Source: Myxococcota bacterium (GTDB lineage Bacteria > Myxococcota_A > Polyangia > Polyangiales > Sandaracinaceae). Taken from it: a DNA stretch of 64,000 nucleotides. Positions within the stretch are counted from its first letter, which is position 1. The number at the start of each line of letters is the position of its first letter. A program made the position numbers and the translations under genes. Shown here piece after piece: positions 54,442 through 64,000 of this stretch. The stretch spans positions 1 to 64,000 of the forward strand of contig JAYZQJ010000279.1 in assembly GCA_036149055.1 (NCBI GenBank), given 5' to 3'. The notes below the pieces were generated by a model. The model saw nothing but the letters and a program-made list of their open reading frames with translations, was not told the DNA's origin and ran no database searches.

Positions 54442-55815
54442 ATGAAGCTGAAGCGCTTCGAGACCCCCGGCATCTCTCACTACGCCTACCTGCTCGTCGA
54501 CGGAGGCGAGGCCGCCCTGGTGGATCCTCGCCGCGACGTGGACGCCTACCTCGAGGCCCTGCGCGAGATGGGCGCGCGGCTGCGCTACGTCGTCGAGACG
54601 CACCGTCACGAGGACTTCGTGATGGGCTCGGCGCACCTGAAGGAGCTCACCGGCGCCCAGGTGGTGAACGGCAAACACGACTGCTTCGGGCGCGGCGACC
54701 TGCGCCTCGACGACGGCGAGTGGTTCGAGCTCGGTGACCTGAAGATCGTGGCGCTCCACACCCCGGGGCACACCCCCGAGAGCATGTGCTGGGCGGTCTA
54801 CACCGGGGAAGAGGAGCAGGCGTGGGGCGTCTTCACCGGCGACACGCTCTTCTTCGGCGACACCGGGCGCACCGACCTGCCCGACGAGGATCGCTCGGTC
54901 GAGAACGCCGAGCGGATCTACGACTCGGTGCACGACAAGCTGCTGCCGCTCGGCGACGGAACCCTCGTCTTCCCGGCCCACGGCCCCGGCTCGGTCTGCG
55001 GCTCGGGCATGGCGGACCGCGCGAGCTCCACGATCGGGCTCGAGCGCGAGTACAACCAGGTCTTCCAGCTCGACCGCGAGGAGTTCGCGAAGAAGAAAGG
55101 CGGCGAGCGTCTGCCGCGGCCGCCCTACTTCCGGCACATGGAGGAGGTGAACCTCCGCGGCGGCCTCCCGCCGGCGCCGGTCGCGGCGCGCGCCACGCCG
55201 CTCGATCCCGGGGCGTTCGCCGAGCGGAGGAGCGACGGCAAGGTCATCGACGTCCGCGAGCCCGAGGCGTTCGCGAGCGCGCACGTGCCCGACGCCTACT
55301 CGGTCTGGCTCGGCGGCCTGCCGATCTTCGGCGGGTGGGTCGCCTCGAAGGACGACGCGATCTATCTCTGCACGGACGGGGACGACGACGTCGCGACCGC
55401 GTGCGCCCACCTCTCGCGCATCGGCATCGACGGGGTCCGGGGCTGGCTGGCCGGCGGCTTCCCGAGCTGGCGAGGCTCGGGGGAGGCGATGGCGCGCGCC
55501 GGCGTGATCACCCCGCGCGAGCTGAAGGAGTCGAAGGGCCTCCAGGTCCTCGACGTGCGCGAAGCCGACGAGTACGCGAGCGGGCACATCCCGGGCGCCG
55601 TCCACTGCTACGTCGGCCACCTCGAGGAGAGGCTCGACCAGCTCGACCTCGACCCGAGCGAGCCGGTGGTGGTCACCTGCGGCGTCGGTCACCGCGCGGG
55701 CGTCGGCGTCAGCATCCTGCGGCGCCGAGGGTTCGCGGACGTGCGCAACCTCCTCGGCGGCATGAAGCGCTGGCACGCGCTCGACTACCGCACCGACGAG
55801 GGCGACGCGCCCTGA
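54442..55815 (+). CDS. MBL-fold hydrolase (persulfide dioxygenase-like) with two rhodanese domains
   Basis: ETHRHEDF, HTPGHTPE, FTGDTLF, GRTDL, PAHGPGSVCG; DVRE...HVP and DVRE..EY..GHIPGA...CGVGHR...GG. Confidence 0.9.
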   Translation: MKLKRFETPGISHYAYLLVDGGEAALVDPRRDVDAYLEALREMGARLRYVVETHRHEDFVMGSAHLKELTGAQVVNGKHDCFGRGDLRLDDGEWFELGDLKIVALHTPGHTPESMCWAVYTGEEEQAWGVFTGDTLFFGDTGRTDLPDEDRSVENAERIYDSVHDKLLPLGDGTLVFPAHGPGSVCGSGMADRASSTIGLEREYNQVFQLDREEFAKKKGGERLPRPPYFRHMEEVNLRGGLPPAPVAARATPLDPGAFAERRSDGKVIDVREPEAFASAHVPDAYSVWLGGLPIFGGWVASKDDAIYLCTDGDDDVATACAHLSRIGIDGVRGWLAGGFPSWRGSGEAMARAGVITPRELKESKGLQVLDVREADEYASGHIPGAVHCYVGHLEERLDQLDLDPSEPVVVTCGVGHRAGVGVSILRRRGFADVRNLLGGMKRWHALDYRTDEGDAP

Positions 55816-55842
55816 CCCGCCCTCCAGTCAGAGGGCCTGGAG

Positions 55843-56799
55843 TCAGAGGCCGCAGGCGCCGAACGCCTCCGCGAAGGCCCGGCGACCGCGCTCGTCCATC
55901 CTCGCGTGGAGGCGTCGGCGCGACTCGCAGACCCGCTGGGTGTAGGGATCGCCCTCCCGCATGCCGCGCTCGACGTCCCGCCGAGCCAGGGGGACCGAGC
56001 CGCCGCCGCAGCCCAGCGACTCGCCGTCTCGCCGCGGCGCGGAGCCGTCCTCGCACGCGATGACGACGTAGGGGTCCTCCGCGTTGAGGTCGACCGGCCG
56101 GGCCTCCGAGATCGGCACCGAGGACGACAGGAGGCTGAGCGGGACGAAGAAGCCGTCTCGATCCGTGGGCCGGTGCGGCAGGTCGCCGCGATCGTCGGCG
56201 TCGGCCGGCCGGTCGGGGAGGTGGCAGTGCCCGCAGTCGTTGAAGCGTCGGAGTCGCGAGATCGCCTCGGCGTCCATCGGCCCCTGGCGCACGGGGGTCG
56301 GGCGATCGGCGACGAGCTCCAGCAGCCTCGCGGTCGCCTCGGACCTCGCGTCGGCGTCTCCTCGCGGCCACCGCAGGCCGAGCAGGCGCGCCTCGGGCTG
56401 GCCGTCCGCGGGGCGATAGACGTGATCCGTCAGCCGGTCGGCTTCGAGCACCGAGCCGCGCACGTCGGCGACCGTCCAGCGCTCCTCGCCGTAGGCGAGC
56501 GACTCCACCCGGTCGAGCACCGTGCCGGGGGGCAGCGCGAGCGTCCACCGCCGTTGCTCCTCGAGCCACTCGACCGCGACCGTCCCCGCCTCCGGGAAGC
56601 GGGCGAAGACCTGGACCCGGTTCTGGCCGGGGTGGGCGGTCGGGAGCCGCACCGGAGGGACCAGCTCCACGCAGTCGCCCCAGTGCGCGTCCTGATCCGC
56701 GATGACGACGGGCTCGACCGACGCCGCGGGCTCACCCGGCAGCGCGGGCGGGCGGCCCCCGCACGCCACGCAGAGGCACGCGATGACGAGGCTACGCAT
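55843..56799 (-). CDS. Lipoprotein with a single CxxCH (possible c-type cytochrome)
   Basis: CVAC lipobox; NDCGHCH. Confidence 0.6.
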   Translation of the reverse strand: MRSLVIACLCVACGGRPPALPGEPAASVEPVVIADQDAHWGDCVELVPPVRLPTAHPGQNRVQVFARFPEAGTVAVEWLEEQRRWTLALPPGTVLDRVESLAYGEERWTVADVRGSVLEADRLTDHVYRPADGQPEARLLGLRWPRGDADARSEATARLLELVADRPTPVRQGPMDAEAISRLRRFNDCGHCHLPDRPADADDRGDLPHRPTDRDGFFVPLSLLSSSVPISEARPVDLNAEDPYVVIACEDGSAPRRDGESLGCGGGSVPLARRDVERGMREGDPYTQRVCESRRRLHARMDERGRRAFAEAFGACGL

Positions 56800-56830
56800 G
56801 ACGGCGAGCCTAGACCCCGTCGGCGCGTCG

Positions 56831-57991
56831 TCAGCTGATCACGGTCGGGAGGGACTTGGCGCCGGTGAGGTAGGCCGCCACCTCGGCGAGCGCCGAGAGG
56901 TCGTGCACGTCCTGCTCGAAGGCCGGGACCTCGACGTAGAGGCGATCCTGGCCGGCGCGCTGCCGGAGGTGATCGGCCTGCAGCCGGTCGGCGATGGCGC
57001 GGGTGCGCGCGTCGTCGAGGGCGCGGCGCATGCGGCTCACCGCGCGCTCGGCGTCGAGGCCGGGCAGGTGGGGCCCGACCTCCTTCGCGAGCTCCGGCTC
57101 GCTCACCGACGGCTCGGCGAAGAGCGGGCGCACGCCGTTGATGACGAAGGCGTCGCGGCGCATGCCCGCCTCCTCGAGGCGACGCGCGAAGAAGACCGCC
57201 TCCTCCATCGCCAGCGGGTTCGGGCTCGTGACGATGACGAACGCGACCTCGGGGCTGCGCAGCGCCTCGGCCACCTGGCGCGCGCGATCGCGGAAGCCGC
57301 CGAAGAGATCGTTGAAGTCGGTGACGAACTCGGCCACGACCTCGAGGAAGCCGGTGCCGGTGAACTTGGAGAGGCCGCGCAGCAGGAACGCCGCGCCCTT
57401 GCCCACGAGGTTGAAAGAGAACTTGCCCGCGCCCTCGAAGGCCTGGATGAACCAGCGCATCGCCGGCGAGTCGACCAGGCCGGCCAGCCGCTCCGGCGCG
57501 TCGAGGAAGTCGAGCGCGTTGCTGGTGGGCGGGGTGTCGAGCACGATGAGATCCCAGCGCGGGTCCTCGCGGACCGCGTGGAGCTTCTCCATCGCCATGT
57601 ACTCCTGGGTGCCGGCGAGGCTGGTGCTCAGGTACTGGTAGACCTTGTTGCGCAGGATGCGCTGGGCGACCTCCTCGCTCGACGCGTAGCGCCGCACGAG
57701 GTCGTCGAAGGTCCGCTTCGTGTCGAGCATCATCGCGCTCAGCTCGCCGTCGAGCGTGAGGCCGCGCTCCTCGAAGAGCGCCTTCGGCACCGCCTGCTCC
57801 TCGGTGGTCATCTCGGCCAGCCCGAGCGAGTTGGCCAGCCGCCGGGCCGGGTCGATGGTGAGGCAGAGGACCCGCTTGCCCTGGCGGGCCGCGTGCACGG
57901 AGAGGGCGGCCGCCGTCGTCGTCTTCCCGACGCCGCCGCAGCCGACACACACCACCACCCGGTGGTCCTCGAGGACGTCGCGCAGGCTCAT
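56831..57991 (-). CDS. ArsA/GET3-family ATPase
   Basis: CVGCGGVGKTT, TIDPARRLANSLG, GTQEYMAMEKL, VLDTPPT..ALDFLDAP. Confidence 0.9.
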   Translation of the reverse strand: MSLRDVLEDHRVVVCVGCGGVGKTTTAAALSVHAARQGKRVLCLTIDPARRLANSLGLAEMTTEEQAVPKALFEERGLTLDGELSAMMLDTKRTFDDLVRRYASSEEVAQRILRNKVYQYLSTSLAGTQEYMAMEKLHAVREDPRWDLIVLDTPPTSNALDFLDAPERLAGLVDSPAMRWFIQAFEGAGKFSFNLVGKGAAFLLRGLSKFTGTGFLEVVAEFVTDFNDLFGGFRDRARQVAEALRSPEVAFVIVTSPNPLAMEEAVFFARRLEEAGMRRDAFVINGVRPLFAEPSVSEPELAKEVGPHLPGLDAERAVSRMRRALDDARTRAIADRLQADHLRQRAGQDRLYVEVPAFEQDVHDLSALAEVAAYLTGAKSLPTVIS

Positions 57992-58097
57992 CTGCGACTT
58001 GCTTTAGCACGACGTCCTTTTCTTGGTGCGTCTCCGATCGCCGTGTACCGTGTTGTCCTACATCTGGATACACCCGCGGAGACGCGAGGAGGAGCCC

Positions 58098-58469
58098 ATG
58101 TACCCGTTCGAAGAGCGCCGCTGCCAGCGCAGTGACAACCGTGACCTCGCCCTCGGTTTCCAGCTCGCCCACGTGCGCGATCGGGGCCGGCTCGAGGCCC
58201 TCGTGCTCGCCGACGACGACGGGCTCGCCCTGTCGAACGCCGGCGACCCGGCGGTCTGCCGGGAGCTCGCCGCCATCGCCCCGCTGATGGCCAAGAGCAT
58301 CCTCGGCATGCCGATGCCCCCGCTCCTCCGGGGCGCCGAGGTCGCGGTGCGCATCGTCTACGTGCACGGCCAGCCGCTCTACCTCGCCTCGGTCGGCGGG
58401 GGCGTGGCCCGGGACGCCCTGCTCGCGCACTCGCTGGGGGGCGTGCGGCGCATCCTCGCCTGTAATTAG
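58098..58469 (+). CDS. Small roadblock/GAF-like hypothetical protein
   Basis: GGAGGAG RBS; LEALVLADDDGLALS resembles roadblock/LC7 N-terminal strands. Confidence 0.55.
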   Translation: MYPFEERRCQRSDNRDLALGFQLAHVRDRGRLEALVLADDDGLALSNAGDPAVCRELAAIAPLMAKSILGMPMPPLLRGAEVAVRIVYVHGQPLYLASVGGGVARDALLAHSLGGVRRILACN

Positions 58470-58473
58470 GGCG

Positions 58474-58950
58474 ATGCAGATCCGCTTCGCCGCCCCCGAG
58501 GACGCCGCGACGATCCTCCGCTTCATCCGCGAGCTCGCGGAGTACGAGCGCGAGCCCGACGCGGTCGAGGCCACCGTGGAGACCCTCGCGGCCCAGCTGC
58601 GCGCCCCGACGCCGCCGTTCGAGTGCCTGCTGGCCGAGGACGACGGGGAGCCGCTCGGCATGGCGCTCTACTTCCACACCTACTCCACCTGGCGCGCCCG
58701 GCAGGGGATCCACCTCGAGGATCTCTGGGTCACGCCGGCCTCCCGCAAGCGCGGGGTCGGCCGGGCGCTCCTCGCGCGGCTCGCGGCGCTGACGGTGGAG
58801 CGCGGCTGCGGGCGGCTCGAGTGGTCGGTGCTCGACTGGAACGAGCTCGCGATGTCGTTCTATCGCGGGGTCGGCGCGACGCCGATGAGCGAGTGGACGG
58901 TCTGGCGCCTCGACGGCGACGCGCTGACCGCGCTGGCCGGCTCGGACTAA
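58474..58950 (+). CDS. GNAT N-acetyltransferase (SSAT-like)
   Basis: IRELAEYE, YSTW, LEDLWV...RKRGVG, RLEWSVLDWN..A..FY. Confidence 0.92.
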   Translation: MQIRFAAPEDAATILRFIRELAEYEREPDAVEATVETLAAQLRAPTPPFECLLAEDDGEPLGMALYFHTYSTWRARQGIHLEDLWVTPASRKRGVGRALLARLAALTVERGCGRLEWSVLDWNELAMSFYRGVGATPMSEWTVWRLDGDALTALAGSD

Positions 58951-58982
58951 AGACCCCGAGGTCTCGTCCGTTCCCCGAGCAC

Positions 58983-60668
58983 GTGTCCTTCCGGCACGCG
59001 CTCTGGGGGTCTCTCTTCGCCGCGCTCGTCGCGCCGTCGCTGGCGTGCGCCGATCAGCTCCACGTCTACGGGCCGCAGGGCTCGCCGCGGGAGCGTCGGG
59101 TGCTCGCGGTGCTCGAGACCGACGGCGGCGGCTGCGCGCCCGCCGACGGCGCGATCGCCTACGACGCGGCCGAGGAGGGCGTGACCGTGCGGGCCGGCGA
59201 GGTGGTCGGCCCCTGCGCGCGCTGGCTGACCGTCGAGGCGTCCCCGCCGCGTGAGCGGGTCACGCTCCGGGCGCGGGCCGGCGAGCGCGAGGCGAGCGTG
59301 GCCCTGCCCCTCGGCGAGCGACAGCAGCTCGACGTGCAGGCGGAGCGGCGCGGCCGGACGGTCTGGCTGCAGGTGCGCGGGGCGCCGGAGGGCGAGGCGG
59401 TCACCGCGTTCGCGCAGGTCGGCGCCGAACGCGTCCCCTTCGAGCCGGGCGGCCGCGGCCGGCTCCGGGCGCGGGTGCCCGTGGGTCACACGGTGGGCAT
59501 CGTCGCCCGGAGCGGCACGATGGCCGGCGCCACCGCGCTCGGCCCCGGCCTCCGGCGCGCGGACCCCGAGGTGCTCGTGCTCTCCAGCGACCTCGGCATC
59601 GAGGCCGGCGGCGCGCCCCGCGAGGCGGCGTTCGTGGTGGCGGTCGACGGGCGGGGCCGGCTCTCGAGCTCGCTGCCGCTCGCGATCCAGAGCGAGCGCG
59701 GCCGCCTGCGGAGCCTGCGCTGGCTCGAGCGCGGCGTGGCGGCGGTGGCCTTCTCGGCGCCCGGCGACGCCGACGCGATCGATCTGCGCGTCGGGCTGAA
59801 CGGTCGGGTGCTGCACGAGACGGAGCTGCCCACGGTGGCCCAGTGGCCAGCCGGCGGCGCGATCGACGCGCCCGACGCGGTGGCCAGCGGCGCGGCGTTC
59901 ACGGTCGGGGCGGAGGCGCGCTCGGTCGACGGCGTGCCCCTCGACGGCCTGCACGTCCGCTGTGACGACGGCGCGCCCCGCGCGCTCCCCGCGACGTGCC
60001 CGGGGCGGCTGGGCCCCTCCGCGCGACGGCTGACGCTGGTCGCCTACGTGGACGGGCGCGCGGTGCCGCTCGCGAGCCGGACGGTGGCGGTGGAGGCGCC
60101 TCGCGCGATCGCCCAGCCGCGCCGAGCGGAGCCCGAGGTCGCCGCCGCGGCGCCGGTCGCGGCCGCGCCGCCGCCGACGCTCCTGGTGACCGCCTACGCG
60201 CGCGGCAGCTTCGACGCCTGGGAGCGCCTGGGCGGGGACGTCGGCGGCCGGGTGATGGTGCCGGTGCTGCCCTGGCTGCGGCTGGGCGCCGGCGTCGAGT
60301 ACGGCGCGCGCTCGGTCTCGGCGATGGGCCAGGGCACGGTCGACAGCGACCTCTCCGGGGTGCGGCATCGGCTCCTCGCGCACGGCGCGGCGGAGCTCTT
60401 CTTCGGCGGCGACTTCGCGGCCGCGGTGCGCCTGGAGCTCGCGGGCGGCTGGAGCCACGGCGCGATCGGGCTGGGCGGCGTCGACGTGAGCGGGGGCTCG
60501 CCCCACCTCGCCGCGCGCCTCTTCGGGGGGCCGCGCTGGCGCCTGGGCGACGTGTCGCTCGGGGTCGAGGGCGGCGTGGTCGTCGGATCGGATCTGGACC
60601 GGCGCGCCTGGGGTGCGGCCCCGGTCGCGGGGAGCGTGGAGGTGAGCGTTGGCTTCCCGCTTCGGTGA
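58983..60668 (+). CDS. Exported protein with Ig-like segments and probable C-terminal outer-membrane beta-barrel
   Basis: Signal-like N-terminus; C-terminal amphipathic strands (WLRLGAGVEYG, VRLELAGGW, VSLGVEGG, VEVSVGF). Confidence 0.55.
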   Translation: MSFRHALWGSLFAALVAPSLACADQLHVYGPQGSPRERRVLAVLETDGGGCAPADGAIAYDAAEEGVTVRAGEVVGPCARWLTVEASPPRERVTLRARAGEREASVALPLGERQQLDVQAERRGRTVWLQVRGAPEGEAVTAFAQVGAERVPFEPGGRGRLRARVPVGHTVGIVARSGTMAGATALGPGLRRADPEVLVLSSDLGIEAGGAPREAAFVVAVDGRGRLSSSLPLAIQSERGRLRSLRWLERGVAAVAFSAPGDADAIDLRVGLNGRVLHETELPTVAQWPAGGAIDAPDAVASGAAFTVGAEARSVDGVPLDGLHVRCDDGAPRALPATCPGRLGPSARRLTLVAYVDGRAVPLASRTVAVEAPRAIAQPRRAEPEVAAAAPVAAAPPPTLLVTAYARGSFDAWERLGGDVGGRVMVPVLPWLRLGAGVEYGARSVSAMGQGTVDSDLSGVRHRLLAHGAAELFFGGDFAAAVRLELAGGWSHGAIGLGGVDVSGGSPHLAARLFGGPRWRLGDVSLGVEGGVVVGSDLDRRAWGAAPVAGSVEVSVGFPLR

Positions 60669-61797
60669 GCTCGCCCTCGCCGGGCTGCTCGTGGCGTGCG
60701 GCGATCCCGCCGGGGTGGCGATGCCCGACGCGCCGGCGCCGTCGGTGGAGACGCCGGACGAGCCGGCGGTCGCCGTCGTGCAGGAGGCGCGAGGCGACGT
60801 CCGCTTCTCGGCGGCCGGCTCCGCCACCTGGACGCCGACCACCCGCGGGCGCTCGCTCGCCGCCGCCGACGCCATCCAGACGATGGAGGGCGCCACCGCG
60901 GCCGTCCGCTTCCACCGCGACGGGAGCACCGTCCGGCTCGAGCCGATGACCACCCTCCGCGTGCCCGAGCAGCCGCCGCGGGTGACCCGGCTCCGGCACC
61001 TCTCCGGGCGCATGGTCGCGCGCCTCGACCCGAGCGCCGAGGACGCCCGGCTGGAGGTCGCGCTGCCGCCCGGCGATCTCGTCATCGAGACCGAGCGCGG
61101 CGCCGACGGCGAGGCGTACGTGGAGGCGCAGGTCGAGGTGAGCCGCGATCGGACCGAGATCGCGATGCTGCACGGTCGGGCCCGGCTGCAGCGGACCGAA
61201 GGCGGCGAGCTCGAGATCACCCAGGACCGCTTCGTCTCGGTCGCGCCCGACGGCGAGGTCCTGGACGAGGGGGTCTCGCTGCCGGCCCCGGCGCTGCTCG
61301 AGCCCGCGGACGGCGCGACCGAGCGGGCCCGCGCCGCGATCCCCCTCCGGTGGGCGCCGGTCGAGGGCGCCACCGGCTACGAGGTGTTCGTGCAGCGCGG
61401 CGAGGACGTGGTCTCGGAGACGGTCGAGGCGCCGGAGCTCGCAGTCGGCGCCGGCGGCGCCATCCGCTGGTGGGTGCGGGCGCGCAACGAGGAGGGCGCC
61501 GGCCATGCCTCCGCGCCGCGCGCCGCCAGGCTCGAGATCGATCGCACGCCGCCGGCGCTGTCGCTCACCCGGCCCACCCACGGCGCGATCGTGCGCGGCC
61601 CGCGGGTGACGGTCTCGGGCGCGACCGATCCCGGCGCGACCGTCGAGGTCAACGGACACCCCGCCGCGGTGGGCGAGGACGGCGCCTTCGAGGCGTCGGA
61701 GCCGGTGCCGCTGGGGCTGACCAACGTGGTGATCCGGGTGACCGACGACCTGGGCAACTCCCGGGTGATGACCCGGCCGGTCTTGAGGGAGCGATGA
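60649..61797 (+). CDS. FecR-like domain lipoprotein with FN3/Ig domains
   Basis: LVAC lipobox; GDVRF...DAIQT.EGATAAVRF.DGSTVRL; PALLEPADG, LRWAPVEGATGYEV; DRTPP.LSL, VSGATDPGATVEVNG. Confidence 0.72.
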   Translation: MASRFGELALAGLLVACGDPAGVAMPDAPAPSVETPDEPAVAVVQEARGDVRFSAAGSATWTPTTRGRSLAAADAIQTMEGATAAVRFHRDGSTVRLEPMTTLRVPEQPPRVTRLRHLSGRMVARLDPSAEDARLEVALPPGDLVIETERGADGEAYVEAQVEVSRDRTEIAMLHGRARLQRTEGGELEITQDRFVSVAPDGEVLDEGVSLPAPALLEPADGATERARAAIPLRWAPVEGATGYEVFVQRGEDVVSETVEAPELAVGAGGAIRWWVRARNEEGAGHASAPRAARLEIDRTPPALSLTRPTHGAIVRGPRVTVSGATDPGATVEVNGHPAAVGEDGAFEASEPVPLGLTNVVIRVTDDLGNSRVMTRPVLRER

Positions 61798-64000
61798 TGA
61801 CCCGGCTCGCGGTCTGGCGGCGCTCGCTCTTCGCGCGGGTCGCCCTCGTCGTGACCGCGGCCGGCCTGGTGGCGATCGCGGTGGCGACCTGCACCATCGT
61901 GCTGCTGGTCCGGCAGCACGAGGAGGCCACCCTGGTCGACGCCGCGGTCGAGGGCGCGGTCCGGCGCCGCGACGAGGTGCAGCAGCGGGTGGAGCTCGCC
62001 CGGGCGCAGCTGCGCGCGGTGGCGTTCGCGGTCCAGGCGGGGCGGCTGCTCGACGTGCCCGCGACCGCGGAGAACACGGCCGAGGCCATCCTGGCGTATC
62101 GCGACGGCCAGGAGATCCTGGAGGCCGCCGCGACCGAGGCCGCCGCCGCGCGCCTCCGCGCCGCGATCGGGCCAGGCGAGACGGACACCGTCTTCGACGG
62201 GGACGCGGTGGTGGTGACCGAGCGGGTGGGCGGCGTCGAGGCCTACGCCCTGGTCGCCCTCGAGCCCGCGCTGGTCGGCCCGGCGGGCTGGCGGGTCGAG
62301 CTGGTCGATCACGTGGACACCACGAGCGGCGGCGTCGTCGCGCGCACCGAGGCCAGCCGGGTGCACGCGGTCGCGCCGATCCAGGGTGGCCGCGCGGTCC
62401 GGGTCGACGCCCCGCTCGGGCCCGCCCGGGCCGCCGCCTACGCGATCACGCGGCGCATGGCGCTCTGGACGTCGCTCGCCGTCTTGCCCCTCCTGTTCCT
62501 CGCGTGGCTCTTCTCGCGGGCGGTCACGCGGCCCGTGCGGCAGCTGGCCCGCGCGGTGAGAGAGGCGGACGGCCCGGTGCCGCTGCCCGACTTGCCGGAG
62601 GACGAGATCGGCGATCTGGGCGTCGCGATCGGCGCGATGAGCGAGCGCCTCCACGCGGACGCGCGCGCGCTCCGCAACGCGGTGCGGTTCAGCCGGCAGG
62701 CCGAGGTCGACGACGGCCCGGCGCGCGTGCTGAGCGAGCTGCGCATGGCGCTCGAGGGCGCGGCCGCCCGCTGGATCGTGGCCCCGAGCCCCGAGCACGC
62801 GGCGCTGCTCGAGCGCCACGGCACCACGCCCGCGCTCCTGGCGAAGCGGGCCGGCGAGGCCTGCGAGGCGACGCCGCTGATGGACGACGCGGTCGCCATC
62901 CCCCTGCACGACGGCGAGCGCGACCACGGCGTCGTGCTCAGCGCCGACGCGGTGGACGAGCCGTCGATCCGCTTCGCCGAGCTGCTCGCGCGGACCGCGG
63001 TCGTCCGGCTGCGCAACGCGGCGCTCGCGCGACAGGCGATGGTCGGCGAGAAGCTCGGGCTGCTCGGCCGGCTCTCGGCGGGCGTGGCGCACGAGATGAA
63101 CACCCCGCTCGCCTTCATCAAGGCCAACCTCCTGGCCCTCGAGGACGAGCTCGAGGGAGACGCGCGCTCCAGCGTCACCGACGCCCGCCTCGGCGTCGAG
63201 CGGCTGGTCCGCATCGTGCGCGATCTGTCCGCGATCAGCGTGGGCGGCAGCGCGGTCTCCAGCGAGGTGGTCGACCTGACCAAGCTCTGCCGCGACATGG
63301 TCCGGATGGCGCGCGCCCGGCGCCCCAACGGCACCATCGACGTGGTCAGCGAAGGCGACGTGCGGGTGGAGTGCGACCGGGGCCGCATCGAGCAGGTGGT
63401 GCTCAACCTGGTGAACAACGCGCTCGACGCGGTGGGCGACGAGGGCCACGTCGAGGTCCACGTGGCCAAGCTCGGCGGCAAGGTCTTGCTCGAGGTGCGC
63501 GACGACGGCCCGGGCATCCCGAAGGACGTGCGCGACAAGCTCTTCGAGGCCTTCTACACGACCAAGGGTCAGGGCGGCACCGGGCTCGGGCTCTACCTCT
63601 CGCGCTCCTTCGTCGAGGCGCACGGGGGCGAGCTCTCCATCCCCGAGACCGGCGCGACGGGCACGACCTTCCGGGTCCGGCTCCCGGCCGCGATCGAGCC
63701 GAAGGAGCGCGAGTCGACCCCGCCGGCGCTCGCCTCGGTCCACGGCGCGCCGCGGCCCCGGACCGGGAAGCCGCGGGTCCTGGTGGTGGACGACGAGGCG
63801 GCGGTGGTGCGCGCGATGAAGCGCTGGCTGAAGCGGCGCGCGGACGTGACCGGCACCACCGATCCGCACGAGGCGCTCCGGCTGCTCGAGAGGGAGCGCT
63901 ACGAGCTGGTGCTCTGCGACATGAACATGCCCGAGATGAGCGGGCGCGAGCTGGCCGACGCGCTGCGCGAGCGGGATCCGGCGCTGGCGGATCGGGTCGT
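61794..64000 (+). CDS. Hybrid sensor histidine kinase (TM-HAMP-HisKA-HATPase-REC), truncated by the window end
   Basis: Read directly from the sequence (not in the ORF track): TM, VTRPVRQL...DEIGDL HAMP, GVAHEMNTPL, QVVLNLVNNA, DDGPGI, FYTTK..GGTGLGL, VLVVDDE, LCDMNMP. Confidence 0.92.
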   Translation, partial: MMTRLAVWRRSLFARVALVVTAAGLVAIAVATCTIVLLVRQHEEATLVDAAVEGAVRRRDEVQQRVELARAQLRAVAFAVQAGRLLDVPATAENTAEAILAYRDGQEILEAAATEAAAARLRAAIGPGETDTVFDGDAVVVTERVGGVEAYALVALEPALVGPAGWRVELVDHVDTTSGGVVARTEASRVHAVAPIQGGRAVRVDAPLGPARAAAYAITRRMALWTSLAVLPLLFLAWLFSRAVTRPVRQLARAVREADGPVPLPDLPEDEIGDLGVAIGAMSERLHADARALRNAVRFSRQAEVDDGPARVLSELRMALEGAAARWIVAPSPEHAALLERHGTTPALLAKRAGEACEATPLMDDAVAIPLHDGERDHGVVLSADAVDEPSIRFAELLARTAVVRLRNAALARQAMVGEKLGLLGRLSAGVAHEMNTPLAFIKANLLALEDELEGDARSSVTDARLGVERLVRIVRDLSAISVGGSAVSSEVVDLTKLCRDMVRMARARRPNGTIDVVSEGDVRVECDRGRIEQVVLNLVNNALDAVGDEGHVEVHVAKLGGKVLLEVRDDGPGIPKDVRDKLFEAFYTTKGQGGTGLGLYLSRSFVEAHGGELSIPETGATGTTFRVRLPAAIEPKERESTPPALASVHGAPRPRTGKPRVLVVDDEAAVVRAMKRWLKRRADVTGTTDPHEALRLLERERYELVLCDMNMPEMSGRELADALRERDPALADRV

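Noticed and set aside
61377..63869. 830-aa minus-strand ORF
   Set aside because: Antisense to the plus-strand hybrid kinase, which the ORF track missed because it has no stop in the window.

Overview
High-GC, gene-dense bacterial chromosome segment. Gene content (several Ser/Thr kinases, AgmX/PglI-like domains, Cys-rich lipoproteins, a DUF4388 response regulator) points to a myxobacterium, probably Polyangiales/Sandaracinaceae-like; this is inference. The window starts in what looks like the promoter/leader of a minus-strand rRNA operon, with four tandem sigma70 promoters and a boxA-like element. Housekeeping genes include astA, dtd, coaE, tldD/pmbA, rpsO-pnp-dut, trxA and ccsA-hemA-hemC. Also present are a LytS/LytTR pair, a YeeE/YedE plus MBL-rhodanese sulfur module, and a FecR/hybrid-kinase operon cut off at the right edge. 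The best candidate for an undescribed system is three tandem paralogous ECF-sigma-like genes (26.4-29.4 kb). Each has a transmembrane helix fused directly to it, two carry an extracytoplasmic two-Cys AgmX/TonB-C-like domain, and each is preceded by a conserved GAAC-N21-GTC motif. Other points of interest are a possible intragenic sigma54 promoter with an internal start, a PNPase with a long RD/ERS disordered tail, photolyase-renalase and WbpD-WbpE fusions, a ten-repeat knottin-like lipoprotein, and many apparently leaderless genes. No CRISPR array, tRNA or mobile element was recognised. All calls come from reading motifs by eye; no database searches were run.
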